NCBI GenBank assembly: GCA_963782115.1
Contig: CAWAIK010000001.1
Location: 544,001 to 608,000, forward strand
Reading direction: 5' to 3'
Length of the DNA: 64,000 bases
Origin: an uncultured Verrucomicrobiae bacterium
Lineage (GTDB): Bacteria > Verrucomicrobiota > Verrucomicrobiia > Chthoniobacterales > JAFAMB01
The translations under genes were made by a program, and so were the position numbers. This document shows positions 22,244 through 32,673 of this stretch, in pieces. The notes under the pieces were generated by a model. It saw only the letters and a program-made list of their open reading frames with translations. It was not told where the DNA came from and did no database searches. The stretch's first letter is position 1. Each line of letters starts with the position of its first letter.

Positions 22244-22667
22244 TACAAACAACGGTTCACATCGCTCAAACGCCTGTCGGGCGTGTGCAAGCGCCAAGGG
22301 TCCAGCGGAATCTGACTCCGCAGCATACAGTGAACCCATCAAGTGTCCGAATCGCGGGGTTTCCAAGCGGGCCGACTCAGCTACCATATCCTTTGGGGTC
22401 AACGCCGGCGAACGAGGCCTGGGCGCGTAACAACGCATGGGCTGCTTACAACGCGAACCTGCGGCACATCCCAACTGCAGAGAATCCAAACCGGTTGGCG
22501 GCTCACCAAAACCTTTTGGACCAAGGTCGTTTCATCCAGATGCCACAGTCTTCACGCCGGTACAATTTCCAGTTCAGCGACAACGAGATTCGGTCGGTTC
22601 AGGCAGCCCTTCGGCGAATGGGGATTTATTCCGGTCAAGTCGATGGAGTTCTCGGACCTGACACGCG
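22244..22667 (+). pseudogene. Peptidoglycan-binding domain protein fragment
   Basis: IRSVQAALRRMGIYSGQVDGVLGPDTR, cut inside the PG_binding_1-type motif. Confidence 0.7.
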
Positions 22668-23254
22668 TGCTCATTGCGAGCGCCGATCACTGCGTCTACC
22701 ACCAGCAATTTTGTGCCGGGTTCAGCAGCGGCATAACAAGTAAGCGTCTGCTCCGCTAGGGATAGACTCAAAAAAATTGCCGCTCTTCATTTCAATCCGG
22801 CTTTCTAAGCCGTAGCTCTCGATAAAGCTGGGAGCACCTTTAACAACCTGCGGCAAATCGAACAGAATCCCTCGTATGGCCGGATACTTCTGCAAAACCA
22901 GAGACAAAATCAGTCCTTGGCTCCCTCCGATATCCGCCAAGGTGCGGATACCTGAGAAGTCATAGGTTTCTACCACCGCGGCGCCGGTAACGACGGAAAA
23001 ACTGCGCATCGCTTCGGCAAACAGTTCCAGTTCATTGGGGTGCTTGTTGAAGTATTCGAAAGTTGCATCCCATTAACATGTTCAAATGCCGGAGTCCCCG
23101 CGCGGATGCAGTGGCCGAGTTCCATCCAAGCCCGCGCCGACCACGGCCTAGTTGTCAGCTGGGCCATGCCCCACGCAGAATGCGGCACATCCCTCCGAAG
23201 CGCCTCCGACCTCGGAGTTTGGACAAAGGTCCCATCCTCCTGCTCAGCAAAGAT
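22666..23254 (-). pseudogene. O-methyltransferase, copy A (fragment)
   Basis: ADIGGSQG, LFDLPQVV, GNFFESIP; close nucleotide match to 32851-33595 but lacks about 59 bp including the HDW motif and both ends. Confidence 0.88.
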
Positions 23255-23441
23255 CTGCCGCGCCAATGCAGTCATTGGGTACTAAACCCAATACTTTGGA
23301 GATCGACCGTTCCTTGTCTCAGCTACCACAATCCTTGTTCGGAACGTAGAGTCTTCGGATCGTCAATATAGTAGGTAACTAAAGTCCGGCTTTCCAATAG
23401 ACGGCGAAGAACTTCAGGCGCTTCTTCCAACGGGAACCTCT

Positions 23442-23825
23442 TTGGCAACGATGGCCTGGACCCCCAGATTGGAGCAATGGAAGAATGACGCTTCATGCTG
23501 CCGCGGACCGCGAGCCGATCCAAGGACCTTCGTTCCTCCGGCGGTCCCGCAACCGACTCAAACGGCTGCAAAAGGCGCTCAGACAAAGCCGCAAACGCAG
23601 GTCGCGGCCTTTGGCAACCTTGTGCTGGTCAGCTGGCTTGAGGACGCTGGAAAAGATGTGATCTATGTCCAAAATACCGAGACGAACGACGTTCAGAAGA
23701 TCACCTCTGAGCCGAACTTGGACAATTTCCGGATCGTAGAGTTGCACCCAAACGCAGATCCTAAGCTGTTTGAAGCGGTCATCTCGAACGGAGTCCAACA
23801 AGGACCAGTCAGGTTCCGTTTTTAA
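23442..23825 (+). pseudogene. Hypothetical protein, probably 5'-truncated
   Basis: Protein-like C-terminus NLVLVSWLEDAGKDVIYVQNTETNDVQKITSEPN...GPVRFRF; no clear start. Confidence 0.4.
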
Positions 23826-24397
23826 ACTCCGGCGAATTTCCGTGGCACCCCGCGCTCCACACCAGCAGCATCGCATTTTCCGCTTCGCTTGACATTCTCA
23901 TCGCTGTCTCATAGAAGACCTCAAACCACCTGCCACAAGAACGGACCGTCAAGTAGCAGAGGATGACCGAGGAATACCCCGAAGATCGCGAATAAATCGC
24001 GGCGCCAATCGATCTCGCTTAGACCGGCAGCCGCTGAACGTTCATTGTGCGTGACCACTGCCATGGGGTAAGACTGTCGCGACGGCACTTCCGACATTAA
24101 CATTCCTAGTCTTGGAATTGAGCGGATGTTTTCTTCGGCCCTCTCCAGCGGTGAGCTTGGAGGACTCCCTAGTGAGTTCTATCGGTTCGCCAATTCGATC
24201 CGAAGCGAGTTATCCGCGGTGATCGTCCGCCCCCCTTGCAAGAGACTGCCCAAGAACCGAATGGGGATCCTCGAGTAAGAGATGGCAATTGTACTCCAGA
24301 ACGATCCGGCACCTATCGTGCCGGCCGATATGCGATCAGAACATCCGATTACCCCTCAAGGGTGCCTGAGACCATGGTCTTTCTAAAGAGGTTGTTT

Positions 24398-25072
24398 ATG
24401 AGATTAATCAAAGGTTCACTTGCCGGTCTGGTCTTGACCGGCATTCTAGCGATAGTGCCCGCGGCGGCATTTGCTCATGGGGGTGGAGGCGGTCATGGTG
24501 GGGGAGGCGGCGGTCACGGATTGGGCGGGGGAGGTGGAGGTCACGCTTCTATCGGGGGTGGTCATGCATTTAGCGAATTCACAGGGCGTGGCTTCAGTCC
24601 GGGATTCAGGGGGATGCGAGTATTTTCCTCTGGTCGATTTTCTGGTCATGGAGATGATGGCCGTTTCCGGGATCGCGACTTTGGGCACCATGGGAATTTC
24701 CGAGATAGGGACGAACGGCATCATCGCCATTTCTTCAACGATTTTGATTTCGTTGCGTTCGGTTTTCCTGATTGGTGGTACCCTGACTACGGATACGTCG
24801 ACTACGGATATTCCGACGAGGATGCGTATGACGATTCCGCATCGGCTTACGGTGACCAGTATTGGCAAGATCTGGCGATGAAAGTACAATGGGCGCTTTT
24901 CCGGCGGGGCTACTACCATGGCCCGATTGACGGAGTGATCGGCCCAGACGGTATCCGCGCAATTCGAGCGTTCCAAGAGGCACAGGGGTGGCCCGCCACC
25001 GGACGGATTGACCCCAACGTCTTAAGAGCCTTGAAGCTACCTATTCCACGAGTCGCCTTACGATCGAATTAA
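24398..25072 (+). CDS. Secreted Gly/His-rich protein with C-terminal peptidoglycan-binding domain
   Basis: Signal peptide ending AFA, poly-Gly tract, VQWALFRRGYYHGPIDGVIGP..AIRAFQEAQG..TGRID. Confidence 0.85.
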   Translation: MRLIKGSLAGLVLTGILAIVPAAAFAHGGGGGHGGGGGGHGLGGGGGGHASIGGGHAFSEFTGRGFSPGFRGMRVFSSGRFSGHGDDGRFRDRDFGHHGNFRDRDERHHRHFFNDFDFVAFGFPDWWYPDYGYVDYGYSDEDAYDDSASAYGDQYWQDLAMKVQWALFRRGYYHGPIDGVIGPDGIRAIRAFQEAQGWPATGRIDPNVLRALKLPIPRVALRSN

Positions 25073-25569
25073 GAACGCCAGGTTCTAGTTTTCTATACGG
25101 CACATACATAGAAAAGCCCTTTTCGGAATCTGCTGCTGGGAAGCTCAAACCGGTGGCGCTGCAGCCCGGAGGAAATGATTCGAGGACGGTTGCCGAGGGT
25201 GATCCAGAAAAGATCGCTCTCTTTGGCAGAATCGTACTGTTGCCGGTTAACTGGAAGGCGGGACGCTGGGGATTAGCCGGTACGCTCCTCGAAATCCTTT
25301 CGTTCCAGCCAGGGGTCATGAGGACTCAGGTCTTGGTGTGGAGTTTGGCTAGGAAGGCTTCAAGGACTTTTCCCATCTTGCGGCAATTGTGGCGAAACAG
25401 TGAGTTTCCTCATCGACTCCGCTGATCACAGAGAGCCCATCTTCAAAGAATCTAACTGTCTATGCCGGAACCTGTTACCATCACTCTTGCCGTCGTCGGA
25501 ACTGTCGCTCTCAAAGAAGGCGTGAAATTCCTCTACGGACAGGCGGGTGAACTTCTCAAACGCTGGCGC

Positions 25570-25995
25570 GAGGAACGGAGGTTAGCAAATTGTCCATGAA
25601 GAAGTGCGGATGGATGTGGCTCCATGCCACACCGCTGCCCTCAAAGTACCGCTCGACCATTTCATGCCAGGCGAAGTGTGGATCGGTCGTGCGGCCGTTG
25701 CCGAAGATGCCTAGATGCACGATAAATTGCAGACCGGCGTCGGCCGCGGCATCGACAATCGTCTTACTCTGATGCACCATCTCTACAGTATACCCGGTTG
25801 CCAGGAAGAGGCGGTCGATCCCCGTCAAGGCGGCCGGAAAGGTTCTGGCATCATTTAGATCCAGAAGGACGGCGTCTTTGCCTCCTTGGCGCCATGCGTT
25901 GACCTGCGCGCGATTGCGCGAGGAATAGACTATCTGGACTGAATCAGACCTCTGTTTTAGTTCCCCGATTACCGCCTTACCTGTTCGTCCGGTGA
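25570..25995 (-). pseudogene. NmrA-family fragment lacking its first codons and C-terminal half
   Basis: TGRTGKAVI, LFLATGYTVEMVHQSKTIVDAA, PHFAWHEMVERY, HPHFFMDN. Confidence 0.8.
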
Positions 25996-26049
25996 TTTTA
26001 TAGAATATTTTACGGAGGCAAGGTTTGAAGAAGTGTTCCGATGATGAAC

Positions 26050-26250
26050 CTAAGGCAACCCTGGGACATCGGCGCAGTCCTCCCCAGACAGGCGTATTGT
26101 TTCAAGACCTGCTGCAAGACTGTCCATCTGGAGATCTGTCTTGGCCGCTCGACGCGCTTCAGCTAATGGTAGTCTTAGTTCCAAGTAGAGGTCGGTCAGA
26201 GTCGCAAGCTTCTCGAGGTGCGAGAACTGACGGATATCGATCTTTTTCAT
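26050..26250 (-). CDS. Small hypothetical protein
   Basis: 66-aa ATG ORF with a helical-looking core (LYLELRLPLAEARRAAKTDL); no family recognised. Confidence 0.4.
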   Translation of the reverse strand: MKKIDIRQFSHLEKLATLTDLYLELRLPLAEARRAAKTDLQMDSLAAGLETIRLSGEDCADVPGLP

Positions 26251-26434
26251 AGAATGTTAATTTGACCGCTTCATTGCTCGATTAGTGGGACGCATGCCGA
26301 CAAGGACCTGGCCATCGGGCGCCATCTCGCGAATGTATTGGTTGCCATATGCCCTAATAAAAGACGTCAGTCATCCATGAACTAGTGATTCCGGACGGAC
26401 GCGGAAAAAGCCGAAACGAATGGCGGGAATCTGA

Positions 26435-27150
26435 ATGCGCCCTCACGTTTACGTTGAGCGCATGCGTCGTGCAGATCGCTCTCGCCCTTGGCCAGTCGGA
26501 TCAGTCGCTGATCGTCATTTTAGCAGGCGACTTTGCATTCTGTGCGGCTGCGGGCTGGCCGGTGACGATTCTTGGACTCTGGGCGCAGGGCCCCTATCCA
26601 TCTGCTTGGAGACGGCAGGTGGGCCGAGCGGTTTTCGTGGCAGCGGTTTGTAGCGCGGTTTTGCTGAGCTTCGCGCGCATCACCGGATTGCTTGGGTGCT
26701 GACTTACCACGATTGTCCTTTCAGCTCGATCAATGAGGAAATCTCTTTTCTGGAGACCTATTTGGAAATCGAAAAGGTTCGATTCGGCGATCGGCTTCAG
26801 GTCAACTTTGACATCCAGGAGTCGGTGGCGCACCTTTCGGTGCCAACGTTGATCCTCCAGCCATTAGTAGAAAACTCGATCAAGCACGGACTAGGACAAA
26901 AGGTCGGCGAGAACCAGTTGATCATTCGTGCTCGGCAACAAATGGACTACCTTGAAATAACGGTCGAAGACAATGGTGTGGGGGCAAACGTAGAGAGAAG
27001 GCTTTCCTAGAGGAGTTCGACCGGGGTGGGGCTCCGGAATGTGGAAGAGAGACTGCAAACCGTTTACCGTGGTGGCGCCCGGTTCTCTTTTGAAAGCCAG
27101 CCCCGCATTGCATCGCGCGCCCAGATTTTGATTCCGATAACAGAGCCGCA
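26435..27150 (+). pseudogene. LytS-type histidine kinase, internally deleted with a premature stop
   Basis: TM segments joined near 26700 to EEISFLETYLEIEKVRFGDRL, LQPLVENSIKHG, VEDNGVG; TAG at 27008-27010, then GVGLRNVEERL. Confidence 0.85.
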
Positions 27151-27919
27151 TGAAAAGACTGCGCTCGTTGCTCATTGACGACGAACCCAACGCTCGAATG
27201 CGTCTGCGTCGACTGCTGAAGGACGAAGAACGTGTCGAGGTAATTGGCGAAGCCAAAGATGGATTTGAAGCCGTCACTGAGATCGAGCGGCTGAAGCCAG
27301 ACTTGGTGTTCCTGGACGTACAGATGCCCGGCTTAGACGGTTTTGAAACCTTAAAGGCGCTGTCGCCTGAGCTGCCGTTGCCGCTGATCATCTTCGTCAC
27401 CGGCTTCCATGAACACGCCATGGCCGCGTTCGACGCCAAGGCAATCGCTTATTTGCTGAAGCCAATCGAGCCGGAGCGACTGCGGGAGATGGTCGAGCGT
27501 GCCTGGCGATTGCAGCATTTTGCCGAAGATCGTGCCCAAGTTGCCAACGAAATGCATCAATTTACGGCCAGTGTACCGCCCAATTTTCGCCAGATCGTGG
27601 CACGTAAGCTGGATCGTTTCTTAGTACTGGACCCGACTGAGATCCTCTATTTCTACATGGACCACGGTATCGTCCGAGCGCGCACCAGTGATGACAACGT
27701 GTGGGTCAATTATCAATTGAGCGATCTGGAACAGGGATTGAGTGAGTTCAACTTCTTTCGCGCTCATCGCGCATCGCTGGTTAATTTACGACGGTCAAAG
27801 AAATTAAGCCTAGCCCTCGCAGCGCGTTCCTACTGGTCATGGATGACACCGCCCAAACCAAAATCGAAGTAAGTGAGCGTCAAGCCCGCGTTCTGCGCTC
27901 GATAATACCGGGGCTCTGA
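27150..27919 (+). pseudogene. LytTR response regulator, frameshifted near the C-terminus
   Basis: IDDE, FLDVQMPG, YLLKP, FFRAHRASLVN; the tail EVSERQARVLRSIIPGL is in another frame. Confidence 0.85.
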
Positions 27920-28522
27920 GGGTCACGCCAAGGCTCTCGGGTAGCGGCATGAAGCCCAAGATCTTTGCACAAGGTTATCCGATCCAGGCAAACACAACGG
28001 CAGGACAGAACGCGAAAAGTGGCCAAGCTGTCCGTTCGCTTGGCCATTTTCTAAAACAGATGTTGTCTAGTTCTATCGGCAAGACCGCCTCTGACCCGTG
28101 CTGTTGGCTAAGGCGCGCTGCCCGGGAAACAGCAAAGAAGTAACTCTCGCTGCGGCGGAGTCAGCGCCATGATTCAGAAACAATTGCACAGACAACGACT
28201 TTGCTGATCCTACGAGCCTATTCTCGAAACGATGTAAAGTCGTGGGTCGCGCTTCTCGACAGGATCGCCGCTACGCGCAGCGCTCCCTAGCCTTTAGGTG
28301 GAAGTGGACTCGAAACGGGACCGGCGGTGATCACCGGGTCCCTCGATAGATTCAGATTGCAGGTGGTTCGAGCCGGTTCACCTAGGAGCCGCAAGAATAC
28401 TAGCCATTGGGCAAAAACGGCACCAAAATCCCGCTGTGCAGGCACGAAACTCAAGCCCGGCAATTTCGTTCGCCGCAGTGGATGATCATCCTGCATCCAC
28501 TTATGGAGAGTATTCCGCAGCA

Positions 28523-28700
28523 TCAGCCCAAACAGAATGAGTTGAATTCGTTGCTCTTTTGTTTCAGGAGGCGAACTCGACGTCGAAGCGGGAAAAGTTC
28601 GAGATCGAATCTCTCGGCTAACAATCCCGCAATGCCTTTGGGCATGGTCAAGGTAACGATAATCGCAAACGCCCCAGCAACATCAAATACCAAGGACCGA
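28523..28700 (-). pseudogene. C-terminal fragment of a branched-chain amino acid ABC permease (LivM-like)
   Basis: GAFAIIVTLTMPKGIAGLLAERFDLELFPLRRRV. Confidence 0.5.
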
Positions 28701-28930
28701 GGTCGGCGAAGTACCGCGCAATAAGAAGAACACGATCGTGTCGATCCGTGGTCCCCTCCATTCGTCGGTCGTTCGTGGGAACCGAGAATGAGAATCCGTG
28801 GTTTTTTACTTGTTTGGCGGTTGTTCATACGCTTCGATAGACAACGATCGTTTTCTTGCGTGTGACAATTATTGTTGTCGTATACTTCGGAAAGGAAAAG
28901 ATTTTATAGAAAACTTTACGGAGGTAAGAT

Positions 28931-29596
28931 TTGAAGACATGGTCTGATGACAATCCCAAGGCAGCCCTGATGGAGCGCACGCGCGCAGCCATTGTGGCGG
29001 CTGCACGGCAGACGTTCCTTGAGAATGGATACGCGCAGGCTTCAATGGACCGAATCGCAGAGTCAGCGTCAGTTTCGGTCAAGACGATCTACCGCCATTT
29101 TGAAAATAAGGATGAGCTGTTTAGCGCAGTGATGCAGGCTGCATGTCGGGCCGACAATTCCATTCCAGGGGAGCGAGGCGACGACCCGTCACCCGCTGCG
29201 AGATTTACTTGGTTTGAAGAAAGTCCAAGACGAGGCCTGGCTGCCGCTGGCAGAGACTATCTTCGCCATCTGCTCTCGGTAGAGCAACTCGCGCTTTATC
29301 GCGTCGTCACTAGGGATGCTCATCGTTTTCCTGAACTTGGCCGCCGCTACCAGAAGGAAGTTGAAGCCACCAAAACCATCATCATGTCGCAATACCTCAC
29401 CCGCTGGGCTCCCGTCGAAAACTGGAGAATTAAAAACCCGGATCTCGCCAGCCGCGTCTTCGAATCGTTACTGCGTGCGGGGCTGTTCGAGGAGGTGCTA
29501 CACGGGCTACGAGTTCCGGAAGAACGCACGATCGAGCGACAAGCACGGTTTGCTGCTGAGCTCTTTTCAAAGCTACTGCAGCTCGGGGCACTCTAA
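28931..29596 (+). CDS. TetR/AcrR regulator
   Basis: SMDRIAESASVSVKTIYRHFENKDELF, AHRFPELG; GGAGG RBS, TTG start. Confidence 0.92.
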   Translation: MKTWSDDNPKAALMERTRAAIVAAARQTFLENGYAQASMDRIAESASVSVKTIYRHFENKDELFSAVMQAACRADNSIPGERGDDPSPAARFTWFEESPRRGLAAAGRDYLRHLLSVEQLALYRVVTRDAHRFPELGRRYQKEVEATKTIIMSQYLTRWAPVENWRIKNPDLASRVFESLLRAGLFEEVLHGLRVPEERTIERQARFAAELFSKLLQLGAL

Positions 29597-30049
29597 GCGA
29601 AGCTCATGTGATCGTGGATCAGCAACAGGGGTTGCGGCTTGCCCGCGACCCACACGCGTTCGGGCCCCACTTAGTCCTCCAAACATTCACTTGCCGAGGT
29701 TTCATTTTGGAATAGACGCCAAGATTTTAGAAATGGGCCATTTATTGTGCCAACTGTCGTATTTGTTATCCCAGTTGCCCCCGGCGCCTGAAAGGTGTTA
29801 TCCCAGATGCCGGTTCACCGATCGAGCATTGTCGGGAAGACAAGTGCGGCGCCGTAAGGTGATTGGCCTCATGACGAGAAAAAAAGGTCCTGAAGCGCTG
29901 CACAGTGACGACGCGAGGTTTGCGTCCACGCTGCAGGAATGGCAACAGCTGAGCGATGGTTGCAAAATGGCCGAGATGACGCTGGCTTTGACCACTGTCA
30001 ACGATGACTCAGAGGTTCGCAGCACTCATGCCGTAAGAAATAAGCACGT

Positions 30050-31069
30050 TCATGCCTTGATCCCTCGCTTGACTCGAGGTCGGAATGACGTCGCCCACTC
30101 GCTGGGCGTCCTTCCCTCCCACTCATGGAAGGCTCGGAAGAACGAGCTGGGGTCCTCGTAACTGAGCAAGTAAGCAATTTCACTGACGCTGAGGGAGGGC
30201 TCTTTCAAGTAAAATCGCGCCAATTCATGGCGGGCGTGGTTCAAGAGCTGCCGATAGCTGGTGCCCTCGTCGGTGATGCGGCGCTGCAGAGTTCGACTAC
30301 TCATGCCCAATTCCTTCGCCACTTCGTTGATTTCGGGACGCGGGCCGCCCAGCAGGCGCTTCAAGACCCACTTGACCTGGTCGGTGCAGGATTGCTTTTT
30401 CTTGTGCTGTGCCAATTGCTGATCGAGTTGCGGCGTCAGCATCTCCAGCAACTCGGCGTTGTAGCCGACGAAGGGGAGATCGAGATCGCCGCTGCGGAAA
30501 ATAATCGCGTCCCGCTTCGCCTTGAATTTGACCGAGCAGCCAAAGGCCGTCTCGTACATCTCCCTGTGCTCTGCGCTTCGACTTAACTCAAGCCGTAGCG
30601 GACGCAATAACGGCTTTTGCGCGCCGCGCCTTCCCATCTCCACCGACGCCATGAAGGTGACATCGAGCAGCAGCGGTGGCGGCATTTCCCGGCTGAGAAT
30701 CCAGTTGAACTCCAGGCTGCATTCCCCCTTCGACTCGTGGAATTTCATTTCCTCGAAGCAGCAGAGGATTTTATAACGCGCAAAACGTTGCAGCGCGTCG
30801 CGGAAAGTCCGGGCATGGTAGGCCGCGATAATCGCCGGGTGATGCTGCTCCACCGGGATCAGGCCCGGCAGCTTCAGCCCGATGGCGGGATCCTCGCAGA
30901 GGTCGCTCACCGTGCGCCACAGCCTGAAGTGTTGCTCCGTCGTTACCATTCCCTGTCCTGTTGTCCACAGAGTCAGGGGAAGGCCGCTCTTGCGGAGCAA
31001 CACCGCGAGATCAATGCCGATGGCTTTCAACCCGGCTTGAAGCCCACACGAAAGCTTGAACGTGTCCAT
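30050..31069 (-). CDS. AraC-family regulator
   Basis: VAKELGMSSRTLQRR, EIAYLLSYEDPSSFFRAFHEWEGRTP. Confidence 0.92.
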   Translation of the reverse strand: MDTFKLSCGLQAGLKAIGIDLAVLLRKSGLPLTLWTTGQGMVTTEQHFRLWRTVSDLCEDPAIGLKLPGLIPVEQHHPAIIAAYHARTFRDALQRFARYKILCCFEEMKFHESKGECSLEFNWILSREMPPPLLLDVTFMASVEMGRRGAQKPLLRPLRLELSRSAEHREMYETAFGCSVKFKAKRDAIIFRSGDLDLPFVGYNAELLEMLTPQLDQQLAQHKKKQSCTDQVKWVLKRLLGGPRPEINEVAKELGMSSRTLQRRITDEGTSYRQLLNHARHELARFYLKEPSLSVSEIAYLLSYEDPSSFFRAFHEWEGRTPSEWATSFRPRVKRGIKA

Positions 31070-31100
31070 GCCGGGTTAAATGTAGAGCCTCTTAGGACGC

Positions 31101-31988
31101 TTAGGATGATTTTCCTTTCAAGGCTTCCAGGACCGCGTGAGCGGTATCGGAGACCGTGAGGCCGTCAAAGTCGGTCGACTTCGTGATCTCAGCCCAGTGT
31201 TCCAGTTCTTCGGCGCTCGTTTTGTATCCGTTTCGCAACACCGCCATGGCATCGTTCCCGAGCGGCAGGCGCAGCGGCGGCTCGGGCATGCCGACGAGTT
31301 TGAGAATCGCGTGGGCTGCTTTGCGGGGATCGCCCGGCTGCTTCCCATTATGCGACTCCAAATAGCCACGCATCGCGCCCACCGTCGGAGCGTAGTCCTC
31401 GATCGGCTTGGCAAACGCCATCGAGGCGCCCGCCCAATCGGTGCGGAAACCGCCCGGTTCCACGATAGTGACCTTAAGGCCGAGCGGCTTAGCCTCCAGA
31501 GCCAGCGCTTCGCTCAAACCTTCCACGGCGAACTTGGCGGCGTGATACCCCGAAAATCCAGGGAAGGCGCTACGCCCACCTATGGAGGTAATTTGAATGA
31601 TATGACCGCTACCCTGTTGACGCAGGTGCGGAAGAATCGCCCGGGTCACATTAACCACGCCCCAGAAGTTGGTGTCGATCTGTCCCTTGAATTCGTCGAC
31701 GGACATTTCCTCGAACGCACCCAGGAAGCCGTAGCCAGCGTTATTGACGAGCACATCGATGCGACCGAAAGCTTCCACGGCGGTGGTGACGGCTTTCTCT
31801 ACGTCCGCCGGTGACGTCACATCCAGCTTCACCGCCCGAATGGTGTCGCCATAAGTCGCGCTCAAATCCTTGAGCTCTTCCGGCTTCCGAGCCGTGGCGA
31901 TAACCTTATTGCCTGCCGCTAGAATAGCCTCTACCAGTGCACGACCCAAACCGCGAGAACTTCCCGTAACAAACCAGATTTTATTCAT
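31101..31988 (-). CDS. SDR oxidoreductase
   Basis: WFVTGSSRGLG, NNAGYG, YHAAKFAVEG, VEPGGFRTDW. Confidence 0.93.
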   Translation of the reverse strand: MNKIWFVTGSSRGLGRALVEAILAAGNKVIATARKPEELKDLSATYGDTIRAVKLDVTSPADVEKAVTTAVEAFGRIDVLVNNAGYGFLGAFEEMSVDEFKGQIDTNFWGVVNVTRAILPHLRQQGSGHIIQITSIGGRSAFPGFSGYHAAKFAVEGLSEALALEAKPLGLKVTIVEPGGFRTDWAGASMAFAKPIEDYAPTVGAMRGYLESHNGKQPGDPRKAAHAILKLVGMPEPPLRLPLGNDAMAVLRNGYKTSAEELEHWAEITKSTDFDGLTVSDTAHAVLEALKGKSS

Positions 31989-32184
31989 ATATTTTGCGCT
32001 TTCTGATCCTGACCAGCGGTGATCCGTGCCCAGGACTCTGGAACCTTAATCGAAAATTGTCGGTAGTGTAGTAACGGTATCCGCCAAAGATATGGCAGAA
32101 TGCGCCAGCCTTGGGCCGTGGATAAGCAACCGGCATTCGGCCTAGCGGGTGAGGGTAGCATCGTGGGCACGCCTGAAGGCAAAA

Positions 32185-32275
32185 TTCGTCGCAGCGACCC
32201 TTGGGGACAAGGTCGAAATAGTTATAGGTGCCGAATAGCGGGTCGTTCCCGCGCGCATAAGTGGAATAGGTCTCT
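32185..32275 (-). pseudogene. DUF899 C-terminal fragment
   Basis: TYSTYARGNDPLFGTYNYFDLVPKGR resembles YSTYARG...LDRAPRGR of 10351-11115. Confidence 0.6.
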
Positions 32276-32594
32276 AAAAATTCCTTCTTTCGAATTTGTC
32301 CCTCTGGACCTTTCCGAAATGGAGCGAAAGGTAAATACCCATTGCCAGGGCGCCGATGACCAGGGTGATGAAACTCGAATTGAGCTCGACCGTCACCGGG
32401 TGACTTGAAAGCAGATAGATCCCGATGAGGAAATTGAACATTCCCCAAAGGAAATTCACGATAGGAGAAGAATCGCCAACGCCTTTCGGCTTGGCAAAAG
32501 GCGTGGGGAATGGCACTCCTCGCAATCCGCTAGCCAGATGGGGAATACAATTGCAGAGAAAGGCTCCCGCAAAGAAAATTGCCATGTAGTTCAT
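32274..32594 (-). CDS. Small membrane protein of unknown function
   Basis: Three hydrophobic segments; FLCNCIPHL, FPTPFAKP, NFLWG. Confidence 0.75.
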   Translation of the reverse strand: MNYMAIFFAGAFLCNCIPHLASGLRGVPFPTPFAKPKGVGDSSPIVNFLWGMFNFLIGIYLLSSHPVTVELNSSFITLVIGALAMGIYLSLHFGKVQRDKFERRNF

Positions 32595-32673
32595 AGGCTT
32601 ATCGCGGTAGCGACGACGCGTTGCAAAAGTCGTTGTGTATTCAGCCGCAAGGTGGAAGCCGGTACGGTATGGA

